From assembly GCA_964270895.1 (NCBI GenBank), contig OZ185438.1: DNA of 64,000 nucleotides. One strand, written 5' to 3'. Positions 54,314-64,000 of the stretch are shown here, piece after piece. Source of the stretch: Podarcis filfolensis. Lineage: Eukaryota. Both the position numbers and the translations under genes were made by a program. Below the pieces are notes generated by a model, which saw only the letters and a list, made by a program, of their open reading frames with translations, ran no database searches and was not told the origin of the DNA. The first letter of the stretch is position 1, and every line of letters starts with the position of its first letter.

Positions 54314-54320
54314 TGTGTGT
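54273..54320. repeat. Compound (CT)n(GT)n microsatellite
   Basis: Directly visible. Confidence 0.95.
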
Positions 54321-55857
54321 TTCCTGAGCAGTCTTTTTACAGGTGAATTGGTAGATTTAAAGCAGAGGTCAACATATACCATGTATTGCATGCCAACACT
54401 ATATGACAATTAAGCTGACATTAAATTGCAAAGATCTTGACTCTACATTCTCTAGATACATTCAGAGTATCAAATTATTTTTGTGGCCCTCTGAATATTT
54501 ATTATACATTATCTTATTATAACATAATGGTCGATGTGAAATATCCAGATAAAATTTTATTTTCTTTGCATAAACTTAATTAAACATGCATACATACAAA
54601 TTTAAATTATACATTTGATCAACCTATGTTGAAATGCACACACAGAACACTGTTTGGTGTTTGTACCGAAGTCTTGCCATAAACAGTTATCGGCTTGGAA
54701 GGAGGGAGGCAGAGATGAGTGGTGACAGAAAGACCGACAGAAACTGAAAGACAGTAGGATTGTGTCCCATCCCCTGGGGTTGCCAACATGGAGTCCACAG
54801 GTCTCAGTAAATAATCCGCTCAAAAATCTGCAACGCATGAGAGTCTGTTTGCTCTTTCAGCTCAGCTCCTGTTTGCACTGGTTTGGCCTCTCCTACACTG
54901 ACCACACTCTATTAAACATGCCCACATTTCACTTGAATGGACACACACCTTCTATTCTGAACAAAGAGAGGTGCAAAGAACTTCTTTCTATGAGCAGTAT
55001 GGCAGTTGCTGGGGTAGATGCCTTTTTCCACACTGATGCGACAGGGGGGACATGCACACACCATTTGGTAGTCCTGAGTCTTTTTCTGCTCTTTTAAATG
55101 TGGGCGAGTTATGCCACACACCCTAGAGCAGCCATTTTATGCCACCCACACCATGTTAGTCATTTTGTGGTTGGCGCTCATGGCATAATTCAGCACAAAA
55201 AGATGTGAGTGTGGAAGCACTGCACATGCAACTGGAGACATGCCTTTTCAGAGTTTGTGATTGTGCAGACAGCCTATAGCCATACCATCAGTATATGAAT
55301 AGGCTCGTTCACATGGTATGCTAAACCTTCATAGGGGTAGAAGCAATTCCATTTGCTTCTCCACATGCATTCATGATTCATTATAATGTGTAGCCTATGC
55401 ATATTTACTCAAAAGTACATTCAGTGAGTTTAGTGGTCTCAGTAACATGTACATGCAGAGGCTTTCCACCTTCGCCTCCTCACATTCACTCAAGGAGAGA
55501 AGAGGAGGAAGAACTGCTGTGCAATTTCCACCTTCAATCCATCTGATCCTCAGAGTTTTCAGTTATCCTTGCAAACAAGCCATTTGCTATTTGCTGTGGT
55601 AGAAGCTGCTTTCATTGAGGCTGCTGATGCAGCAAACAAATGACAGCCAAACCCGTTGCAGACTGGATTTGGGGTTGGCTTCTCCTGGGACACAGCATGA
55701 GGTGGCAAAGGAAAACACGCAACACTATGATTGTTTACTTGGGAATAAGCCCCAATAAATTCAGCAAAGCCTTCCTTTTGAGTAAACATGCACAGTATCA
55801 GGCTATAAGCTTTACTGCAAAGCATTTGCATGTCTGCACAAGAGGCTGTGGACCTGG

Positions 55858-55890
55858 AAGAAGGGAATGGGGAGGGGAGAGAGGGGGAGA

Positions 55891-55931
<41 letters not shown>

Positions 55932-55940
55932 GTGGGGGAA
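55858..55940. repeat. Purine-rich tract with (GA)n and G-runs
   Basis: Directly visible. Confidence 0.9.
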
Positions 55941-56875
55941 ACGGAGATTGCCCAACAGTCTGCTAATTAGTCAAAGGAGAAGGGACAAAATACACTGGAG
56001 TTTACCTGCCTAAATAAGTTCTTTGTTTAATTTCCATATTGCCCCATAGTGAAGCATTGTGGTGGTTCACAGTAACAAAACACCGTAGCAAGCTGTATTA
56101 TACCAGGCCAGACTATTTGCCTATCTTGCCCAGTAACGTCTACTATGACAGACAGAAGTTATCATGGGTCTCTGGCAGAGGTCTTCCCCATCACTTGCTA
56201 CCTAATATTTTAACTGGAAATGCTATGGAGAGAACCTGTGACCTTCTGTACACAAAGCACTGAGCTATGATCCCTCCCCCAAAGCAAGACAAAATATCCA
56301 GTTTTAAATCTAACTCAGCTAAGAGGCGCTTTGCAATAAAGGAAGGTTTTCACTGGCCCCCTCAAAGGTAGTAAGAATAGTATAATACAAGCCTCCCTGG
56401 AAGCAAAGTTCAATCACTGGGGAGCCTATGGCAATAAATGCTATTAATCAGAGCTGAACTGAATCTTCACCTGTGAAGTTTTAAGGCGAAAAAGAGTGGA
56501 GTGTTACACATGCACTCATTGCTTATCTTTTTTGCATACTGTTCTTAGGTGCTTCTTTTCCTGACCTGCCGCTTTAGTGCCTTTTTAAAAAATGGAATCC
56601 TAGACACATGGAGCATGAGGATGTCAGAAACATAGTCAACTTTGGCTTCATGGTGTTATCATGAAGCTATATCAGAATGATGTCTTCCTGACTGCATTTT
56701 GAATAGTCAAACATTTTTGCTATGTTTCACAAATCCACACATATCACCAAAAAAGAGTGAAGGCAAGTTTCATGAGGGGGGGTTATTTTTACAGACTCTC
56801 TTCCATTTTGGCTCAGCCCTAGCATCAATGTCACAGATATTACTGTATATTACTGTAAAATATGTGTTTGCTTTA

Positions 56876-57046
<171 letters not shown>

Positions 57047-57239
57047 TCAAGACTCTTTACAATATTCCTTTTGCCATTTTAACATAGTTTTTAATATTAA
57101 ACCTGTAGTGCATTTTTTTAGTTATGCTTACAAACATGAAGCATGAATATGAAAGTGATAATTAGAATGCTTGCTAAGCCATTATTTGTCACATTCCTCA
57201 TGATTTTAAGCATCCCTCAAAACCTTAAAACCATGAATT

Positions 57240-58245
57240 TATTTATTTTAAACATTTTTAGGCCAGTTTCTGTACTATGTTCTCTGAAATGCCATCCTTC
57301 TCTCAGGGGTATCAATTTTTACATTTCAGAATAAACATTTTACATACTTTTAAATATCCAATGACTTCCCTTCTTCTCCTTCCATGGTTCATTTTACTTA
57401 TCTTCCATTCCTGCATATTTTACTATAACCAATTAAATCAGTTCTCTATTTTTACATTGTCCAACATTAATCACACTGATGAATTTATCTTAATGCTGCC
57501 AGCGTTTTCAGCTGCGTGCAATTATTTTCCATATATTCAATAAATATTTTCCACTCTTCTTTAAATATGTGTTCTTCTTGTTCTCTTATTCTATGTGTTA
57601 AGCCTGAAGTTCTGCATATTCTAGCATCTTACGTTGCCAATCCTCTTTACCTGGGACCTCACTCACTTTCCATTTTGGTGCTAACAATACTCGAACCGCT
57701 GTTGTTGCATACATAAAAACACTTTTCTGACATCTGGGAATTTCTGTATGAATTATTCCCAATAAGAAGGACTCCAGTCTTTTTGGGAAGGTTATTTTAA
57801 ACATTTTTTTTTCAACTCATTATAAATCATTTCCCAGTACTCATTTACTTTTCTACATGTCCACCACACATGGAAAAAGTCTTTCCATTTCCTTACATTT
57901 CCAACACATATCTGATTCTACTTTATACATCTTAGCCAACCTATTCGGAGTTAAAAACCATCTATGGATCGTTTCCTAATAGTTCTCTTTGAATGAATAA
58001 CATGCAGTAAATTTCAGATCATTTTTCCAAAGTTTCTCCCAGAGGTTTAAATCTATATTGTGTCCTATATCTATTGCCCAGTGTGTCATTGAAGCTTTAA
58101 CTAGCTCGTCATTCGTTTCCCATTCTAATAAAAAGTTATACATTTTGGACAAAGGTTTATCCTTATTTTGTAATAATTCTCTTTCAAATTGTGAGCTTTG
58201 GTCCAAAAGTATCCACACTTTGAGAATGAGTTCACTATTAGAATA
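57240..58245 (-). mobile_element. L1-clade LINE 3' fragment (ORF2 C-terminus and 3' UTR) in SIM2 intron 4
   Basis: ORFs 57976-58218 (...LWEKLWKNDLKFTACYSFKENY) and 57598-57804 (FKITFPKRLESFLLGII...KWKVSEVPGKEDWQRKMLEYAEL) resemble squamate L1 ORF2 C-termini. The intervening bases resemble the CCHC knuckle. Confidence 0.8.
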
Positions 58246-58619
58246 GAATAGGTCAAAATTAGCACGTTTAAATTAACTAGAAGGCAGTGTAGCTATTTTA
58301 AAACTCCAATATGACCAGCCCCACTGTTACATTATGCAGTAGCCATAGTTTCTGAACAGTCCTCAAAAGGTGTCCCACATGATGCAGTACGTTACAATAC
58401 TCTAAATGCATACATGGAGAACTGTGGTCAGGCTATCTTTGTTGTTGAGAAAGATAGCAGTTGGTGTGCAACCGTTAGCAAATGAAAGGTGCTTCATGCC
58501 CCAGAGGTCACTTGGGTCTCTGAGGCTAACACCTCCATATTGGGAACCTGATTTTTCAGGTGGAGTTTCACTATCACCTAACAACGAACAGCACTTATAC
58601 CGCTTCACCTGACTACAAC

Positions 58620-59110
58620 AAACAAGAGAATTGGAGCTTCATGCTATCAAAATATTGAGAAAACCTCAGTCAGTAGATTTATATAGATGCTGTCCAACAC
58701 GTGGAATAAAACCTGAAGAACACCATACCTTAATTCCCAATAAGCAGCCTTATAGTTGATCATCAAGGGAGCAGGAGCCCACAACATTATATACCAATTT
58801 CCACCAGCCAACCAGTTCAAGATATCATAGTGGATGGTACTGGACACCTCTGAGAGGTACAGGAAAATCAACAGGATTGCAATTTCTTACTCTCTCCTGA
58901 CAAAGGAGGCACCATGGTGATCAAAGTTTCTGTGCCAAACCCTAACCAAAAATGGATTTAGATAATCAGTGTCGTTCAAGGGTGTCTGGAGTTGCATGAA
59001 CACCTTGTCCCCAAAAGGTACATTGGTAACTGGCAGGAAGCTGGCACAATTGTCTGGGTCCAGCATAGATTTTTTAATGAGTTGACTGAAAACTGCCTTA
59101 TTTAGCAAAG
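58620..59110 (-). mobile_element. Decayed L2 RT fragment
   Basis: KAVFSQLIKKSMLDPDNCASFLPVTNVPFGDKV...LQTPLNDTDYLNPF and WELRYGVLQ parallel the young L2 ORF. Confidence 0.75.
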
Positions 59111-60049
59111 ACAACCATCTCACACAGAGATGTTCATTTCATTATCTGCGGATTATTTCTGAATATTTAGGTGTTTGAAATTTATGGTCAGAGTGTCAAA
59201 TTGGAGCACAAGGTTTCAAACTATATTCCATTGTTAAAAATGATTTTAATAATATAATTTTATTTGCAATTAAGATGCTTTATTTAAATGCCGAATTATA
59301 CTTCCCTTAGTAACTTCCCAAACCCCCTTGATGAGGACTTCCACATTCCAGCAAATTGAGAAACAGTGTGATCCTGTGCATGGCTACTCAGAAGTAACTT
59401 CACCAAGTTCAGTAGAACTTACTCCCAGCTAAGCATACAATCACAACCTAAATTTATTTCCTATGAAGAAGTTGACATTTTTGTGCTGCTTCCACCAAAT
59501 TAAGGTGTTTACATGCTTTTACTTTCTTCCATGTAACATTCCTACATAGTTCTTCACAACAAACGGCTTACAAATATGAACAATACACATGTAAACTCAC
59601 TAAAAATTGACTATGACATCTGTACTAAGATCCAACCATATCCTTACTGGTTCTGCTAGAAATTAGAGCAAGATACTAATTCTCACCTTCCACGTTCTTT
59701 TCTGGACATGTTGGAGGCACATGGATACTTAGCCCTTGCACAAATATTTGGGCACCCTCCATCTATGCACAACCTGCTACCTCCTGCCGACTACATTCAT
59801 TTTTTCTTTCCTCAAGGACCTGTGCCACACAGAGCACATCCTTGCTAGCTAGACAATTACAATAAGCTGCCTGGTGAGAGATCATAGAATTGTAGAGATA
59901 ATGCAGCTCCATACAGCTAGCAGGTTGATATCCCCTGCAGACAAACTAAGAGAGAGACAAATGACCCACCCACCTATCCTTGAATTGCTTGAGGATTTTG
60001 TTTGGTCTTCATTTTTAAGCAAACTGACTAGATTTGCACTTACCAGACT

Positions 60050-60311
60050 AATACGTGGATCAGAATGCAGTTATCCTTCTATTTTCATACTTCTCCCATT
60101 TTGCAATACAGGTATCAGCTCAAAAAATATACCAAAATGCACACAAAAATGTGTATTTTAGGATAAAATGCGTTCAAAATGTGTCTTTTGTAAAAATAAT
60201 AATACATTAATGTGATTTTTTTTGCTTTTAAAAAATTGCAGATAGTTGCAGAAACAGATTTATGATCATATGTGAACCAACACAGACCAGAAACATGTTG
60301 ATCCATCCCTA
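60050..60311. mobile_element. Decayed AT-rich MITE related to 52218-52609
   Basis: Ends in catcccta with a similar interior. The left end is not resolved. Confidence 0.4.
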
Positions 60312-60960
60312 ATCTATAGATAGCAAGAAGTTTCCCAAACCTATGAAGCTATGTAACTCCTAAGCCACCTAAGAGCTAGGTTCATAAACTAAAAAAACAA
60401 CACAAATCTATTGGCCTAATGCCTATAAAATCCTGAAGGTCTATCTAACTAGCTGACTTAACATGTTACATACAAAACATGAATATGATCAACACATTAA
60501 GTAAAAGATGACATTAGAATAACAAATTAGAAAATCTTTTTCTGCAAGGTGTCTCATAGTCTGCTACATTTTTTTTTCAAGTCAGCAGCTGCAGCAATCT
60601 AACTGGTAGCTAAAGACCCTTGATGCTATAGCCTACATTCTGAGAAAGAGCAGCCAATCTACAACACACTTAGGAAACATGGCCACAGTTGAAACCTTGA
60701 GACTTTTAAACCTCTTCAGGATCTCAGCATCTTTGTCAATTGTTTAGCAATAAATCCACTTGAGTCATCCTGCCACTGTGTTTTGTTTTGTTTTGCTTTG
60801 CTTTGCTTTGCTTTGCTTTTTTGCACTGTATTCTCACCCAGCTGCTACTGCTGGCCCTTAAATAATCATTGTCAAATCACTGAATTTCCATTCAGAACTG
60901 TCAACTCACTGAGTCTTCTAAGAGCATATATCTGCTGCTTCAAGTTAAAGGACAAGTAAG

Positions 60961-61222
60961 ATAAAAAGTAATGGCCCCTGGACAGTTAAGTCCAGTCAAA
61001 GGTGACTATGGGGTGTGGTGCTCATCTCGCTTTTCAGGCCAAGGGAGCCAGCGTTTATCCACAGACAGCCTTTTGGGTCATGTTGCCAGCATGACTAAAC
61101 CGCTTCGGGCGCAACGCAACACCGTGGAGAGTGCCAGAGCTCACATGGATTCAAACCACTGACCTTCCGATCAGCAAGCCCAAGAGGCTCAGTGGTTTAG
61201 ACCACAGCACCACCCACGTCCC
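60961..61222 (-). mobile_element. Sauria SINE, internally shortened, with 15-bp TSD
   Basis: tRNA-like head gggacgtgggtggtgctgtggtctaaaccactgagcc...ggtttgaatcc on -. TSD taaaggacaagtaag (60946-60960) / taaatgacaagtgag (61223-61237), 13/15. Confidence 0.88.
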
Positions 61223-61856
61223 TAAATGACAAGTGAGGGGTAGTGGGAGTTATAACAAAAGGAGTATGTATGGGAAGGAAACCCATCCTTTTCCTTGTCT
61301 AGCTCCAATACTAGAAATACAGCACAGAGAAAACCTCTTAAAGGAACGCAGAGAGATAAGGATGAGGAAGGGAGGTTTTCCTCCACACCCTGCATGCTCC
61401 TTTTCATGGAAAACCTCCCTGTCCGCTTTATAACTAAACCAGTACATGTGCAACGACACAAACACACATACACCTACCAGGCGCTCAGATTAGTAGCTTT
61501 GCGAATTCAACCAGAAAGCAAAACAAGAAACCCACTCCAGAATTTCAAGCAACATTCCCCTTTGCCTCCTGGGATTTAGGTCTTCCTTAGGAGATCCCAC
61601 TCCAAGAAGGAGAGCCACATTCCAAACATCTCAAAGTTTGCTAAACAAATATTACAGCTAACTTAAATGGTCAGTTTACTGCTCCCTACCTCAAACCTAT
61701 GTTTTTTGTAATTCCCCCCAGTGCAAACTGAGCCATCCTGAGTGGCTTACAGATAATAATAGTGTTTGATCCTCTAGGCTGCTACTACTCAGACCATTTC
61801 TAGCCACAAAAGCTTAATTATTGGTGGCTGGAAAAACATCTGTTCTGTTTGAATTA

Positions 61857-62104
61857 CAGTCATACCTCGTGTTGTGTTCCACTCTTGTTACGGACTTTCA
61901 GCTTACGAACGCAGCAAACCTGGAAGTGTTTGCTTCCGGTTTTGCCGCCTGCACATGTGCAGAAGCGATCTGCATACTTTGAGCATGCGCAGAAGCGCTC
62001 GATCGCACCGCGCACATGCGCAGAAGAGGCGCTCTAGTTGCGGACTTTTCGGGATGCAAACGGCACCCCGAAACGGATTAAGTCCACAACTAGAGGTACC
62101 ACTG
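61857..62104. mobile_element. Tc1/mariner-type MITE with CpG-rich interior
   Basis: cagtcatacctc...gaggtaccactg, flanked by TA on both sides. Confidence 0.82.
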
Positions 62105-63400
62105 TATCAAGCACTTTAAAAAGAAAATTTGCAAATAAAACTCTAGCCAGTATTTTCCAGATACATGGCCTGCTACTGGACAATGTGTAATACTTAATGA
62201 ATTAAAACCAAAGGGGCAATTCATCTCCATGTGTAGCCACCATCAGAGGGGTGACAAATGATGTGTTTTCTCCTTTCCCTCTTGGAGACTATGTACTGGC
62301 CATTACTCAGAACAAAAGGCCAGCATGGTTCTAGTGTATCCAGACCTTCTGCACTATTCCTGCGTAATGGCTGGTGCATATATGACAAAGAGGAGGAAGG
62401 AAAGAAGAGACATTTACCAGGCCTTATAAGAAACTCTCCACATGTAACAAAAGAAATCATGCTCCACGTCATTTGTGTACCTTTGTCTTACCCATACATC
62501 AAATAGATTGCTGATACTTTGAAGATCAGACAATCCAGATATTAAGAGAGAACATAAAACAGACTCATCTAAACCCACATATTTATTTACATTCAGTTTG
62601 AACTGAGATGCCAATTATCAAATACACATTGAAGATAAAATACTCATTTGATCTCGTCAATGGAATTTCAAATAAGTGAATTGCTCTTGTTTTAATCAAG
62701 TATGTATCTTAAATTATCCCATTTTCCTGGAAATTCAAAGACAACATGTCCAACTTCAAAAAAGATTTACAAATAAATATGTCCTATGGACATTTAAATG
62801 GTTTGCTCTGCTATACGTCATGGTATTAAAAAAGGAGGCAGTGGCTATTTTATGTAATGAATTTGTGCTTGTACATTCAGATTGCACATGACTATTTAAC
62901 AAGATACTTTAGCCCCTTCTGTGAAATTATATTTAGCTTTCATGCAACCCTGAATCATCCCTGAGGTGATGGAATGAAATCAATCTTACTTGCTCCCTTC
63001 CATTTCTATGTGTTTTGAAGAAGGATCACATAAAACTTCAGAATGTTTTGTTTGTTGCCAAATGGTCGCAAAGCATTTTTCACAACTCTATACCTACTAT
63101 ACCCTTGTTCACAGAGCAAAGTCATTTATTATTTCATAACTGTAGTCTACAACTTAAAGTTTTGTCACTGTGAACAAACCTAATATTGCAACTAGATATG
63201 CTGAAGAATGAAGTTTTAATATTATTTTCACAATTTGGAATGAGATGAAAGATGCTACATCAATATAGCTACATACAACACTTGGCCAGGAACCCTTTTT
63301 ACATTTCTAAATTTCAGTAGATTAAGTGTTAGCATGTTAAGATCAGCACTACATCTCATCATCCTTTTTACTTGTATATGGTCATATCATATGGAAGTAC

Positions 63401-63509
63401 CTTGTAAGAGATGAGGATGAAGAGGCTGGTGAGCTGTTAGAACCGCTGTCATTTCATCATGGTCTGATGGATGTATATACTCATAAATGCTATTACCGGT
63501 GAGTTCCAC
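63401..63509 (-). CDS. SIM2: SIM2 exon 4 (109 bp), PAS-A
   Basis: Bounded by cag| and G|gtactt. Translates [36 protein letters not shown](E). Confidence 0.96.
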
Positions 63510-64000
63510 CTGTCAAGAATATATTTAATACATTCAAAACTATAGCAGATTTTTTTCCCCATTTAGTATTATTTTTCAGAGGTCTCTTGTATGTAATACA
63601 CATATGATTTACAAATACCCCACTGCATTTCTAACACTCCTATCGTCTTCCTGGACCAAAAGCAGCTATCAACCAATAGCCATGATCTACAAGTTGTTTT
63701 GTCTTATCATGAGCAAAAAAGGTTCAGTTGCAGCATACATGACTTGAAGACTGTGATCTATGTAAATACTAATTACACCAAAAAAGTATTCAGTATGACC
63801 CTATTTTGAGCTCTAGATTCAAACAGTTGTTGCTGGAGGAGATAACAATGAAATAGAATGTTTAGGTCCCGTGATTTTTCACAATGAAAAAAACCTCTAA
63901 ATGGCATAACCCCCTTTTAAAAAATATGTGAGCAGAGCTTGGGTGGAGGGTGGTAGGGGAGAAATGAATAGCCCCACTCATTTCTCAAAGGCTAATCAGA

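Noticed and set aside
61140-61222. tRNA-like A/B-box sequence
   Set aside because: It is the head of the Sauria SINE, not a tRNA gene.

Overview
Eukaryotic genomic DNA from a squamate reptile, most likely a lacertid lizard, inferred from Sauria SINEs, squamate L2/CR1/L1 LINEs and lacertid-type MITEs. Two genes converge tail-to-tail, as at the human chr21 locus. On + are the last five coding exons of HLCS (holocarboxylase synthetase/biotin-protein ligase; 24614-31453), preceded by at least 24.6 kb of intron. On - are exons 4-11 of SIM2 (bHLH-PAS single-minded 2; 63509 down to 42106). All 13 exons have GT-AG boundaries and splice in frame. The rest is intronic or intergenic, with a young 5'-truncated L2 carrying an intact RT ORF, decayed L2/CR1/L1/DIRS relics, Sauria SINEs, hAT and Tc1/mariner MITEs (several with visible TSDs) and microsatellites. 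I found no convincing new biological system. The best leads are a SIM2-short-like read-through isoform, a TIR element with a 6-bp TSD, TE-derived polyA signals and candidate enhancers.
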